Shown: positions 9,273-20,871, counted from the first letter of the stretch. The stretch: DNA of 64,000 nt from an uncultured delta proteobacterium (GCA_963789265.1 CAWBKB010000001.1:2496001-2560000), one strand, 5' to 3'. Notes: generated from the letters alone by a model not told the origin. Translations and numbers: made by a program.

Positions 9273-12200
9273 ATGGTTCAATCTCTGTCACCGTACCGAC
9301 CGAAAAATCATATTCGAGTTGTAACCGCTGCATCTCTGTTTGACGGACACGATGCGGCCATCAACATAATGCGAAGGATCCTGCAATCGTCCGGCGCAGA
9401 GGTGATTCATCTCGGGCATAACCGCTCGGTGGCGGAGCTAGCAGCCGCGGCCATCCAAGAAGATGCACAGGCCGTTGGTGTAAGCTCCTACCAGGGCGGC
9501 CACATGGACTATTTCAAGTACCTCGTCGATCTGCTTCGAGAACACGATGCCGCCCACATCAAAATCTTCGGCGGAGGAGGAGGTGTAATTGTTCCCGAGG
9601 AAATCAGAGAACTGGAAGCTTACGGGGTGACCAAGATCTTCAGCCCTGAGGACGGCCGCAAGATGGGGCTCCAGGGATTGATCAACTACTTCCTCGAAGA
9701 ATCGGATTTCACCACCACGGACGCCAACTTGGACGGGGATCTTTCCGCCCTGGTGCCAAGTAATTGGAAACTGATCGCGCGGGCGATCACGGCCGTTGAA
9801 ATGGCCAAAGAATCGGAGAACGGCAACCTTCCCGGCATTCGTGCGATGCTTCAAGGGAAGATGAAAGGGAGGGGCGCTCCTGTACTCGGGATCACAGGCA
9901 CCGGCGGTGCTGGAAAGTCTTCCTTGACCGACGAGATCGTTCTAAGATTCCTTAACGATCAACCTGAAAAGACTGTGGGGATCATTTCCGTCGACCCTAC
10001 TCGCCGTAAGACTGGTGGAGCGCTTCTGGGGGACCGAATCAGAATGAACGCCATCAACAACGACAGAGTCTATTATCGGTCTCTCGCAACAAGGAACCGG
10101 GGAGCGGAAGTTCCGGAGCACATGGAAGAAGGGATTGAAGTCCTTAAGGCCGCAGAATTTGACCTGATAATTGTCGAGACTGCCGGCATCGGCCAGGGGG
10201 ATGCCGCAGTGGTTCCTCTTGTGGACGTCTCTCTCTATGTTATGACTTCGGAATTCGGGGCTCAAAGCCAACTCGAGAAAATCGACATGTTGGATTTTGC
10301 GGACCTCGTGGCAGTGAATAAGTTTGATCGCAAAGGCTCGGAAGATGCAATCCACGATGTTCAGAAGCAGATCCAGCGCAATCGAGTAGAGTTCGCAAAG
10401 CACCTGGACGAATTTCCCGTCTATGGCACTGTCGCCTCCCGTTTCAATGATGACGGCGTAACCAGCCTGTACGTGGGCATCATCGAAGCTGTCAACGAGA
10501 AGACAGGGGCAAACTGGTCAACCCGGATGAAGGCCAGGCCGGACAAGAAACCTTCGTCACGCACCATCATTATCCCTCCCGAGCGATCTCGCTATCTGTC
10601 CGAAATCGCCAATAGCGTTCGCAAATATCATGAATGGGGCGAAGAACAAGAAGACCTCGTCCGCAGCATTTGGCAACTCGATGCTGCCGCCAAAGCTCTC
10701 CGAGACCAATATCCCGAGGGAAGTTCCGAAGCACTACAGGCCATCAGGCACGCCCAAGAAAACATCGAGGCCAAGCTGGATCCTCGCGCCCTGCGCCTGG
10801 TCGGAGAATGGGAAGACATCAAGAAAGCCTACTCGGGGGACGAGTTCGTGTTCAGCGTGCGAGGCCATGAAATCGTGACCAAACTCAGGAATCGAACCTT
10901 AAGCGGCCTTATGCTCCCCAAAATCGTTCTGCCGAAATTCAAAGATCGCGGTGAACTTCTCAGATGGCGTCTGAAAGAAAACCTGCCGGGTATGTTTCCG
11001 TTCACTGCCGGAGTCTTCCCTTTCAGGAGGCAAGACGAAGACCCCACCCGAATGTTTGCAGGCGAAGGCGATCCTTTCCGTACTAACCGGCGCTTCAAAT
11101 ATCTTTCTGAAAACAGCTCGGCCAAGCGCCTGTCAACAGCCTTTGACTCCGTGACTCTCTACGGCATGGACCCGGATGAACGGCCGGACGTCTACGGAAA
11201 AGTCGGGACCTCGGGCGTGTCTGTCTGCACCCTGGACGATGTCGAAGCGTTGTACGCCGGATTCGACCTCTGTTCTCACAACACGTCGGTATCCATGACC
11301 ATCAACGGTCCCGCGCCTATGATGCTGGCTATGTTCTTCAATGCGGCCATCGACCAACAACTGGATAAGTTCCGGAACGAGAAAGGTTCCGAGCCCACTC
11401 CGGAGGAAACAGCCAGACTAAGGGCGGACGTTTTAAGCAACATCAGAGGGACCGTGCAAGCTGACATCCTGAAGGAGGATCAGGGACAGAATACCTGCAT
11501 ATTTTCCACTGATTTTGCTCTCAAGATGATGGGTGACGTGCAACAGTTCTTCATCGACAACAACGTGAGGAATTTCTACTCTGTCTCCATTTCAGGCTAC
11601 CACATTGCGGAAGCCGGAGCGAATCCGATCACTCAACTCGCGTTCACTCTGGCCAACGGCTTCACTTACGTGGAATACTATCTCTCGCGCTGGAATGCGT
11701 ATAGACGATTTTGCGCCCAACCTTTCTTTCTTCTTCTCGAATGGCCTGGAACCCGAATACAGTGTGATCGGCCGGGTTGCCAGGCGAATTTGGGCAATTG
11801 CTATCAAGAACAGGTACGGCGGAAACGAGCGATCCCAGAAGCTAAAATATCATATCCAGACCAGCGGCCGGTCCCTACACGTGCAGGATATTCAGTTCAA
11901 CGATATAAGGACGACACTTCAGGCTCTGATCGCTATCTACGACAACTGCAATTCCCTGCACACCAACTCCTACGATGAGGCAATCACAACGCCCAGCGAA
12001 GAATCCGTCCGGAGAGCCCTTGCCATTCAATTGATCATCAACAAGGAATGGGGAATCAGCAAGGTAGACAACATCAATCAAGGGAGCTTTATAATTGAAG
12101 AGCTTACCGATCTGGTGGAAGAAGCGGTTTTGCAGGAATTCGACCGATTGTCCAAGCGGGGCGGCGTCCTGGGTGCCATGGAGACAGGATACCAGCGGAC

Positions 12201-12550
12201 AAAGATTCAAGACGAGTCACTTTATTACGAGACACTCAAGGCGTCCGGGGAATATCCCATCATCGGTGTAAACACGTTTCTTAAATCCTTACGGGGATTA
12301 TACGGAGAAGTGCTCCATTGAACTTGCTCGAGCCACTGAAGAGGAAAAAGCGTCACAACTTCGAAGGTTGCAGGAGTTCCAAGAGCGTCACAAAGACAAG
12401 TGCGATATTGCGCTCCAACGTCTCTACCAAGTAGCACAATCCGGTGGAAACATATTCGAGCAACTTATGGATTCTGTACAGCACTGCTCCCTGGGGCAGA
12501 TCTCGGCTACGCTTTTCAAGGCTGGAGGACAATATCGGCGCAACATGTGA
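9273..12550 (+). CDS. icmF: Fused isobutyryl-CoA mutase (B12 domain, MeaB-like GTPase, mutase); two +1 frameshifts near 11691 and 12283
   Basis: [50 protein letters not shown]-terminal GGQYRRNM; three ORF pieces join after removing one base at each break. Confidence 0.95.
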
Positions 12551-12573
12551 GGCGATATGCGATCAAGCCGCTT

Positions 12574-13897
12574 TCAGCGGATCCTGGCTGAAGCTTCGTG
12601 TGTCCCGGGCCGGCCAATGGCCACTGTTCTTATAACGGATACTCTGCCGGTCGGTTTGTGTATAAGTCTTATCTTGTACAGGCCTGACGGTAGTTTGAGC
12701 TTTCCGGAGTAGTGCCCCTCGGAATCGGTGATCACTTCCGCATGGTCTTGCCACGGGCTCCGGGAAGTCTGAAGCGTGATACGGGAATTCGGGAGATCCG
12801 GGAAGGCGCCACTAAACGACAAGGTATCGTTCGATACAGAAGTAGCCAGCGTTACACGGCTTTCAACTCTGTCGGTGGGGAGATCGTACTTGCGTCGGAC
12901 GCGATCGCAAAGGCTGTCCCTCATATTTCTGTTGAATCGCGTAACGGACATTGCATAAGGGGCTGAGAACGGGTTGCTCCATTTGAGCATCTCGACCCAA
13001 TCAAATGCCAGACTGATGGTTCCTTCCACCTTAAAATGATCTCCCGTGCCGGCCTCCCTCCCCTGCTCAAAGCCCGCTGACCACATGCCATCTCTCGATG
13101 TTACCAAAATGCCGGCCTTGTATCCTCTAAAATCTGCTTGATCTCCCCGGTAGGAATGCAGCTCGCCATCCAGGCGGATGTCCAGGTGATCTACCATTGC
13201 AGGGAGCAAGAATCCCAATCGCGCGTCAAAGCCGGTCGGAAACATTTCGCGCACGATTGAATTGCCGTTGTTCGTGATGATACGCCGCTCATTTATTGGA
13301 AAATAAGCATTTACGTCCAGACTGAGATCTGAGTAACGCCCCGGCAGGGCGGCAAATTCCAACCCAATGCCCGTTTCCTTCAGGTACTTCCCTTTGAGAC
13401 GTCGGAGCCGCTCCCAATCGTGGAACGCATGAAAGCCCAGCAGGGTTTCGGACGTGATCAGTTGACGAAAGCCGGCATCTACTGAGAAGGTTTCCTTGGG
13501 ACTGGTCAATGACACTCTGGGCGAAAAGAAAAGACTCTTGTCCGTCCATCCTTTGATGGGCAGAAAGTAATCCGCGTGAATGGTCGGCAGACCTTCCCAA
13601 CGATCGTAACCTGCATCGAAATTGAGGCCGCGGCGGATAGTTCGAGGCAGAACGAGCTTTAAGCCGTACTTGACTGCCGGGTCAATATATGTTTCGGGGC
13701 GTTTGGCGGCCTTTTTTTGCTTAGTGCTTGCCGAAGCCGCTGCGAGATCCAGCAAGAGTCTTTGATCTTGTGAGTTGCCGGGGGGGAGCGGACGGTCTAA
13801 TGCTGCCGCGGAACTGTACGGGCAGAAGCGGCAGAGGCAGTAGCATTGTGGTTGCGGCCCAGAGGATAATTAATAATGTATAACTTACATTTTTCAA
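12574..13897 (-). CDS. Putative outer-membrane beta-barrel protein (inverse-autotransporter beta-domain-like) with short C-terminal Ig-like domain; signal peptide shifted by +1 near 13820
   Basis: Alternating beta-strand pattern (AGFRQ, LGFHAFHD, GIGLEF, NAYFP, GFDA), ...RVRRKYD linker; upstream TTG 13897 gives MKNVSYTLLIILWAATTMLL. Confidence 0.55.
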
Positions 13898-14271
13898 TGT
13901 AACAACCTAAATATCAAGTATATTTATGACAATATATTTTTCGACCGTCCGTGTCAAGCTAATTGCGAGGCCCGCTTGTAGGCACCGCGAAGAGGCTCGC
14001 ACGAACACACCCTGATATTGTTTCTGGAGACTTACTCTCGGTGTCCCCGCGTACTCGGTGGACTGAAGGCCACCATTGACGCACAATCCGACTTCAAGGT
14101 ATAAGTGTTGGGTCGAAATCCTACCTCGGCTATTCCAGGGAGCCTTATTATTGGCGGGTCAAATGGATCGGTCGGTGTTGGTTCCCTGCCAAAGGGGACT
14201 GTGGTTCCCCTTATCTGGACAAACGCCGGACAGGAAGCTCTCCCTCCAATTCCGCGCGCTGGAAAGAACTT

Positions 14272-15396
14272 ATGGCATCTAAAAGGCCTACTTGGATTGA
14301 CCGGCTGATTTCCAGTCATATACTGTCAATACCGGCTTATGTTCCGGGCAAGCCCGTTGCCGAGCTGACAAGAGAACTGGGAATCACTGAAGCTATAAAA
14401 ATGGCTTCCAACGAGAATCCGCTCGGACCGTCCCGTTTCGCACTCAAGGCTGTGCAGAATTTTTTGTCGCAAATGCACGTCTACCCCGAATCTTCTGCCC
14501 CGGAACTTCGAACTGCTCTTGCGTCGCGGTTCAGCCTGCCCCCGGAATCGATAGTCTTTGGAAACGGCTCGGATGAAATCATGGAAATGGTTGCCCATGT
14601 CTTTCTGCAGCCGCAGGACGAGGCTGTGATGGCAGAAAACGCTTTCTCCATGTATCGTATTTGCGTGGAGGCGTTCGGGGGTAAATCTGTGCGAGTTCCT
14701 CTCCGAGACTACAAGTCTGATCTCCGTGCTATGGCCAAGGCGGTCACGGAACGGACAAGGCTGATTTTCCTAGCAGTTCCCAACAACCCCACCGGAACCA
14801 TTGTCTCTCGTGGTGAGTTCGAGTCTTTTTTGAAAGAGCTTCCCCGTGGCCAACTAGTGCTGGTGCTTGATGAAGCCTACAGTGACTACGTCCGAGATCC
14901 CGATTGCCCCATCGGGAGAGATTACATAGGCAATGAATTGCCGATTCTGGTTCTGCGAACATTTTCGAAGATCTATGGACTGGCAGGATTGAGAATCGGG
15001 TATGGGCTCGGTGAGCCGTGGCTGATCGAGTTGTTGAACCGTGTGAGAGCGCCCTTTAATGTCAATGCTCCGGCACAAGCCGCCGCTGTGGCTGCGTTGG
15101 ATGATATCAAGCACCTGGAGCGATCGCGAGATATGGTGCGCTCGGGTATGGCATATATAGTTCACGAATTAGATAATATGGGTTTGGAGACTATTCCTTC
15201 CGAGGCCAACTTCGTCACTTTCTGTTTGGACAGAGATGCCAAGCCCGTTTACGAGGCGCTACTCAAAGAGGGGGTGATAGTAAGGCATCTCGCCTCATTC
15301 GGGATGCAAAAGTGCATCAGGGTTACACTGGGAAAGCATATCGAAAACCGGAGATTTGTGGCCGCACTGAAGAAGAGCCTCTCGAAGACGAAATAG
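14272..15396 (+). CDS. hisC: Histidinol-phosphate aminotransferase
   Basis: YVPGKP, KMASNENPLG, GNGSDE, PNNPTG, DEAY, RTFSKIYGLAGLRIGY. Confidence 0.96.
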   Translation: MASKRPTWIDRLISSHILSIPAYVPGKPVAELTRELGITEAIKMASNENPLGPSRFALKAVQNFLSQMHVYPESSAPELRTALASRFSLPPESIVFGNGSDEIMEMVAHVFLQPQDEAVMAENAFSMYRICVEAFGGKSVRVPLRDYKSDLRAMAKAVTERTRLIFLAVPNNPTGTIVSRGEFESFLKELPRGQLVLVLDEAYSDYVRDPDCPIGRDYIGNELPILVLRTFSKIYGLAGLRIGYGLGEPWLIELLNRVRAPFNVNAPAQAAAVAALDDIKHLERSRDMVRSGMAYIVHELDNMGLETIPSEANFVTFCLDRDAKPVYEALLKEGVIVRHLASFGMQKCIRVTLGKHIENRRFVAALKKSLSKTK

Positions 15397-15433
15397 TGTT
15401 TACCTCACTTCAGCGGTCGGACGGAAAGAACTT

Positions 15434-16159
15434 GTGGGACTCACAAAGCCGAATGAACAGAGCCCGGACCGAAAAGAGCACAAGCTGGTCATAGCGATTG
15501 ATGGGCCCGCGGGTGCGGGAAAATCAACGGTTGCCCGCCTGCTGGCACGGCTGCTCGGCTTCCGGCTCTTGGACACAGGAGCCCTTTATCGCGTCATGGC
15601 ATTACACCTGTTGCGCAACGGGATTGAGCCGGGAGCAGAACGTATCCCGGACGGTATAGTCACGTCATTGGATCTTCGAATGGAGCCTGACGCCGGATCG
15701 ATGAGGCTCTTCTTGGGTAGAGAAGAAGTGACCGGCCTAATCAGAGAGGAACGCGTAGGGACGGCGGCTTCGGCGTTTTCGGCGGAACCTCGTGTAAGGC
15801 AAGCTTTGCTTGGTTTACAACGACTAGCCGGACAGAGATGGGACCTCGTGGCCGAGGGAAGAGACATGGGGACGGTAGTGTTTCCCGAGGCCGATATAAA
15901 ATTCTTTGTTACCGCAGATTTGGAGATCCGTTCACAGAGGCGATACCAGGAGTTGCTGGCTAGAGGCGAAGAAGTTGAAGCCCTTGAGGTTTTGGCTGAA
16001 ATGCGCGCTCGGGACCATCGTGACGAGACTCGTGCGGTGTCTCCGCTGCTAAAGGCTCCGGACGCGATTTTGATTGATACAACAAATCTCAGCCCGAGAG
16101 AGGTTGTAGACAGATTGATGTCCTGCATCCGACAAAGGCCGGCACTTGCAGGCATATAA
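15434..16159 (+). CDS. cmk: Cytidylate kinase
   Basis: IAIDGPAGAGKST, LDTGALYR, EGRDMGTVVFP, RDHRD; precedes rpsA. Confidence 0.96.
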   Translation: MGLTKPNEQSPDRKEHKLVIAIDGPAGAGKSTVARLLARLLGFRLLDTGALYRVMALHLLRNGIEPGAERIPDGIVTSLDLRMEPDAGSMRLFLGREEVTGLIREERVGTAASAFSAEPRVRQALLGLQRLAGQRWDLVAEGRDMGTVVFPEADIKFFVTADLEIRSQRRYQELLARGEEVEALEVLAEMRARDHRDETRAVSPLLKAPDAILIDTTNLSPREVVDRLMSCIRQRPALAGI

Positions 16160-16196
16160 CGGATGGTGAAGAAACAACGGTGCTGAGGGCAGTGAG

Positions 16197-16420
16197 TCTC
16201 GCGGTCCGCGCGGGATCACCGTCTCGCGAGACGCGGTGTACGCCGAGAACGCAGAGAAGAATGACAGCTTATTCAGTTCCACGTGAATCACCAGCGCGCA
16301 CGATCAAGCAGACATTGCCCGAACTGTCGCGGGCCGGAATTCGCCATGCCCGGCGTACATGCGTGCAGAAAAAAGAGGTATTCTCTGCGGTCCCTGCGAT
16401 CTCCGCGGTGAACTGTTACG
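16197..16420. repeat. Second copy of the CGCAGAG-type inverted-end element, preceded by degenerate TCCCGCG-N-CGCGGGA palindromes
   Basis: Reverse complement of right end GTAACAGTTCACCGCGGAGATCGCAG matches 5387 GTAATAATTTACCGCGGAGATCGCAG. Confidence 0.7.
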
Positions 16421-16625
16421 TGAAGAAAGCCTTTGCCAGGGAACAAGAGGCGTGAATTGGAGCGGGGCGACCGATCATAAGTGGACAGCGCCTGAAACAC
16501 GGAAAAATGTTGATGCGAATCAAAGTTTCTCTTGTCAGAAGGTGCCAAAATGGATATATTTAGTTGGTTGTCCTGGCATATCAACATCAAAAAGCTGGAC
16601 AAAAGAGCCTGGGGGTGGCAACTGG

Positions 16626-18365
16626 ATGGAAAACTTGGAAACCCAAACTAATAACAACCTTCTTATGGAAGAAAACGAACAAGAAATCACGAAGGAAGAA
16701 GATTTTGCCGAACTAGTCGAGAGCAGCTTCCACAAAGTCCAAGAGGGCGAAGTCGTTACCGGCACGGTCGTTCAAGTGACTGCTGAACACGTCATGATTG
16801 ACGTGGGGTCCAAATCTGAGGGCCAGATCCCGCTAGAGCAGTTCCTTGATGAGAAGGGGCGTCTTACCGTTAGCGTCGGGAACGAAGTTCAGGTCTTTCT
16901 TGAAGACACGGAAGAATCTTCCGGCCAGGTCAGGATCTCGAAGACCAAAGCGGACAAGATTCGCATTTGGGATGAGATCGCCGAAGTATGCGACACAGAG
17001 AAAACAATCGCCGGCAAGGTGATTGCTCGTGTTAAGGGGGGATTGCAGGTCGACATAGGTGTGTCGGCGTTTCTTCCCGGTTCTCAGGTTGATCTGAGGC
17101 CTGTGCGAAACTTCGAGAAATATATAGGCGAGACTTTCGAGTTCAACGTCCTTAAATATAACCGCAAACGCGGAAACATTGTCTTGTCTCGAAGACCCCT
17201 CCTCGAGAAATCCAAGCAGAAAAAGAAAGACCTGATTCTCAGCGCGTTGGAAGGATCCGGAATTTTCACCGGCACGGTGAAAAACATTACCGATTACGGA
17301 GCGTTCGTAGATCTTGGGGGAATCGACGGTCTTCTGCACATCACCGACATGTCCTGGGGCCGCATAAACCATCCGTCCGACATACTCAAGGTGGGCGATC
17401 AAATCCAGGTCAAGGTACTGAAATTCGACCAAGAAAAGGAACGAGTTTCACTCGGGCTGAAGCAGACCCAAGCGGATCCCTGGGAGAATGTGGAGGATAG
17501 TTATCCTATCGGATCAAAGTGGACCGGTAAAGTCGTGAGCATCACCGATTATGGTGTATTCATAGAACTTGATAAGGGCGTTGAGGGACTGGTTCACATA
17601 TCTGAGATGGCGTGGACCAAAAAGCCCCGGCATCCCTCCAAAATGGTGCAGGTGGGCGAAGAAGTTGACGTGATGGTGCTCAATGTGGACAAGGACCAGA
17701 AGAGAATATCGTTGGGCATGAAGCAGCTAAAGCCGAATCCCTGGGACGTGATCGCCGAACGATACCCGGAAGGAACAAAGATCGAAGGCAAGATAAGGAA
17801 TGTGACTGACTTCGGCATCTTCGTCGGCATAGATGAAGGTATCGACGGGCTCGTTCACATTTCCGATATATCCTGGACACAGCGGATCAGGCATCCGGGT
17901 GAACTTTACAAAAAAGGGCAGACCGTACAAGCGGTGGTGCTTAACATAGACAAAGAAAATGAAAGGTTCTCGCTGGGCATCAAACAGATCCACGAAGATC
18001 CGTGGGAAACGATTCCGGATCGCTATCCCCCCGGTGCCAAAGTTCACGGAAGGGTCACCTCGGTAACCGACTTCGGCGTCTTCCTCGAAATTGAGGAAGG
18101 AATTGAGGGAATGATCCATGTCTCCGAACTCTCGAAAGAGAGGGTGAATTCGCCGGCAGACTTCACCAGAGAAGGTGAAGAACTGACCGCTATGGTCCTC
18201 AAGGTTAACAAGAAGGACAAGAAGATAGCCCTTTCCGTCAAGAGCCTCGAAAGGTTGGGCGACTATGATCAGGTAAAGGGTTATATGCACAGCCAAGAGG
18301 TGGTAGCGTCCAATCTGGGAGATCTGCTCAAAGAGAATCTCGGAACCAACTTCGGAAAAGAGTAG
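16626..18365 (+). CDS. rpsA: 30S ribosomal protein S1
   Basis: Six S1 repeats (KSEG, AFLPGSQVD, DGLLHITDMSW, EGLVHISEM, DGLVHISDISW, EGMIHVSEL). Confidence 0.98.
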   Translation: MENLETQTNNNLLMEENEQEITKEEDFAELVESSFHKVQEGEVVTGTVVQVTAEHVMIDVGSKSEGQIPLEQFLDEKGRLTVSVGNEVQVFLEDTEESSGQVRISKTKADKIRIWDEIAEVCDTEKTIAGKVIARVKGGLQVDIGVSAFLPGSQVDLRPVRNFEKYIGETFEFNVLKYNRKRGNIVLSRRPLLEKSKQKKKDLILSALEGSGIFTGTVKNITDYGAFVDLGGIDGLLHITDMSWGRINHPSDILKVGDQIQVKVLKFDQEKERVSLGLKQTQADPWENVEDSYPIGSKWTGKVVSITDYGVFIELDKGVEGLVHISEMAWTKKPRHPSKMVQVGEEVDVMVLNVDKDQKRISLGMKQLKPNPWDVIAERYPEGTKIEGKIRNVTDFGIFVGIDEGIDGLVHISDISWTQRIRHPGELYKKGQTVQAVVLNIDKENERFSLGIKQIHEDPWETIPDRYPPGAKVHGRVTSVTDFGVFLEIEEGIEGMIHVSELSKERVNSPADFTREGEELTAMVLKVNKKDKKIALSVKSLERLGDYDQVKGYMHSQEVVASNLGDLLKENLGTNFGKE

Positions 18366-18387
18366 GCCGAAAAGGTCCTCTTCGCGG

Positions 18388-18423
18388 CCCGGCTTGCAAT
18401 GCGCAAGCTCGGTTGCTTTTTTT
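18388..18423 (+). terminator. Probable intrinsic terminator of rpsA
   Basis: GCTTGC-AATGC-GCAAGC stem followed by a T-run. Confidence 0.5.
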
Positions 18424-18486
18424 CCCCGACACAAGCGGTGTGGAGGCAATCGGCGCTTTCAAGAGTCGGTTATCCACACTGAGCTT

Positions 18487-19977
18487 TTATCCCCCGTTAT
18501 CGATCAAACCTGTTTCAGACCCACCCGGTGCTTCCTCTGCCAATATCTTTGCTGCGGCTTCGAGCGCCTCTTCGCGCGTGCCGATTTTCCCGGAGTCCTG
18601 GAGTTCGGTCAATTTCCTCAATAAACTTCCAATATGCGGACCAGGGCCGATTGAGAAAAGGCTCATCAGATCGCGACCGTTCAGAAGGGGCATCCGCGGG
18701 GTCGCCTCGGCTTCCAGGCAAATTGACAGTGCCCGCAGCACCTGATTTCCGGCCCGTTCGTACGCTTCAGGCGGTCTTGCGGGCCCTCGTGAAGCCCCAA
18801 GATCCGCAAGGAATAGCAAGAACAACCCTGTGACGTTCCTCTGATATTTTGAGTGCAGTCGATGTATTGCCCTCAGGGAGACCTTTTGCGCTGTGAAGAT
18901 CGTCGGCCTCATGTGACCCGCTATCAGCCCACTGACAAGGGCAATCTCCCTGGATGCAAATTTAAGCCGCCTTCCCGCCTCGTTGAAGATCTCCTGCGAA
19001 ACTTTTTCATGGCCAAAGAACCGAACCTTACCCTTGGAATCCACGAATCTGGAAGCAGGCTTTCCTGAATCGTGGAAGAGCGCGGCCAGTTTGAGGAGCG
19101 CCAGTGTCGGCCTATCCCGAACCGGCTCCTGCCTGGTATATGCGTAAATTTGATCGCTAAGGCTGCCGAAATGTTCGGCCGCGTTCGCGAGCAAATTCTC
19201 CATTCGACTGATTGTTTCGAGTGAATGGTCCCAGACATCAAGGTGATGATAGGCATTTTGGCCGCATCCCTTCATGGGCCGCAATTCCGGAAAAATCGTC
19301 TCCAGAACGCCGGACAAAGCCATCGCTTTTAGAGCCGGAAAGGATGAATCCACGGACAGGGTGACGATCAGTTCGTCCCTGATCCTTTCAGGAGCCTTTG
19401 ACGGAAGCTCCTCAAGAGCGGGCGGAACCATTTCCAGAGTTTCCTTGCTTATCCCGAACCCCAGGCTTGCCATGAACCGAAACGCCCTCAAAACGCGTAC
19501 AGCATCATCTCGGAAAGAATCTTTCGAGCAGGCTCGTATTGTCCCCGACAGCAAGTCGGCCCTGCCCCCTGTAGGGTCTAATACAGGCTCCATAAGACCG
19601 CTGAGAAAATCTTGGATTCTCAAGGCCATTGCATTAATTGTAAAATCTCTTTTGTGGAGGTCTTCAGAAAGAGTCGAGGCTCGGAAAGAAGTTACGTCCA
19701 GAGTCGCCGGTCGTTGTCCGCGAAGGACAACTCTGCCTGTACCGTGTTTCGAATCCAGGGCGACAAAGGTGGCAACCTTTCCCAAAAGCGTGGCCGCCTG
19801 CCGCGCTATTTCAAAGCCGTCTCCCCGCAGTGCCACGTCCAAGTCTTTTCGGTCTCTCCGCCCCATCAGAAAGTCACGGACAACGCCGCCAACCAGGTAC
19901 GATTCCGGGGCAAGGTCCGCAATTGCATTGAGAATTGCCCTTACTCGTGGGTCATGTCTTGCATCCGTATCGAGCAT
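18487..19977 (-). CDS. CCA-adding enzyme / poly(A) polymerase family with HD domain
   Basis: YLVGGVVRD, DLD, RDFTINAMA, DDAVRVLRAFRF, ERIRDE, HHLDVWDHS, LFHDSGKP. Confidence 0.9.
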   Translation of the reverse strand: MLDTDARHDPRVRAILNAIADLAPESYLVGGVVRDFLMGRRDRKDLDVALRGDGFEIARQAATLLGKVATFVALDSKHGTGRVVLRGQRPATLDVTSFRASTLSEDLHKRDFTINAMALRIQDFLSGLMEPVLDPTGGRADLLSGTIRACSKDSFRDDAVRVLRAFRFMASLGFGISKETLEMVPPALEELPSKAPERIRDELIVTLSVDSSFPALKAMALSGVLETIFPELRPMKGCGQNAYHHLDVWDHSLETISRMENLLANAAEHFGSLSDQIYAYTRQEPVRDRPTLALLKLAALFHDSGKPASRFVDSKGKVRFFGHEKVSQEIFNEAGRRLKFASREIALVSGLIAGHMRPTIFTAQKVSLRAIHRLHSKYQRNVTGLFLLFLADLGASRGPARPPEAYERAGNQVLRALSICLEAEATPRMPLLNGRDLMSLFSIGPGPHIGSLLRKLTELQDSGKIGTREEALEAAAKILAEEAPGGSETGLIDNGG

Positions 19978-20115
19978 AACGAAATCAAACTGATCGTGCG
20001 CCTTAGCGTCACGTCGCGTGAGGAAGGGATTGTAGTAGAATGTGCAGAAGTCGATGATGCAGCAAGGCGTTGGGAGCGCTAAGGCGCCGCCGCAAGCCGC
20101 ATCTTGATGGCGTGC

Positions 20116-20871
20116 TCATAGCTGCGCCTGGACCAACTCGAAACGTATAGTACCTATGATCGGAGACGATGTCAGGAGTAGGGGGACACGATGTTCATCG
20201 TTCGATACCCACAGTTGTCCTTTCGCGATCTCCTTGCAGTCGCCGCTTAGCTTCACAAGTCTTAGATTCAGACAATAAGCAGGATGGGAGCCGGTCTTTA
20301 TCGTAACGTGTCCCGCTCCTACAGGGTTGACAAAGAGTCGGGATCGGTCTTTGCCGTCATAGATGTCCACGAACGTCGGCTTGCTCAAGTTCTTTTGATG
20401 CCGGAGCATGAACGCCGCTGTGATCGGATCGCATTGACCGCCATATTTCTCAGAGTGGCAGTCCCGTTCTTTGCCCTTCTGCTTGTTGATTTGAACCAGG
20501 TTTGTTCTGTGATCGAAGCTCAGAGATACCAATTCCGGGTCGCTCCAACTGGATTTCATTTGAAAGTTATAGGATTCGGGTCTGAAGGTATTAGCCGAAA
20601 ACGTGGCCTGCACACGACTCCAGAGTTCCACGAGGGTCTTCACGACCCCATCCGTCACGGCCTGAACTATAACACTTACGTGTTTTGAATCTGTTTTGGT
20701 CGCTATGTCGCCGTGGCCGGCCTTGGCGCCGTTCCACGTCACCTCATATCGAAGCAGTTCCGAATGAGACGCACAAAGACATTCTCTCGCCCCTCCCGCC
20801 AGGAATGAACAGACGGTCACCGCTACAACGAGAGCTATTCTCTTTTCGAGGCGCAAACATTTGCCCAACAT
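20116..20871 (-). CDS. Exported protein, DUF3108-like
   Basis: Signal peptide, ELLRYEVTWNG..AG, DPITA, LWVSNDEHRVPL. Confidence 0.7.
   Translation of the reverse strand: MLGKCLRLEKRIALVVAVTVCSFLAGGARECLCASHSELLRYEVTWNGAKAGHGDIATKTDSKHVSVIVQAVTDGVVKTLVELWSRVQATFSANTFRPESYNFQMKSSWSDPELVSLSFDHRTNLVQINKQKGKERDCHSEKYGGQCDPITAAFMLRHQKNLSKPTFVDIYDGKDRSRLFVNPVGAGHVTIKTGSHPAYCLNLRLVKLSGDCKEIAKGQLWVSNDEHRVPLLLTSSPIIGTIRFELVQAQL

Noticed and set aside
9273..12550. Programmed frameshifting or pseudogenisation of icmF
   Set aside because: No slippery heptamers; same +1 pattern as many unrelated genes, so sequencing error is more likely
16359..16625. N-terminal extension of rpsA in the ORF track
   Set aside because: Translates through a repeat element; S1 homology starts after ATG 16626
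17727..18449. Long antisense ORFs such as this one, 19274-19993 and 33209-33898
   Set aside because: Shadows of well-supported genes on the other strand in GC-rich DNA
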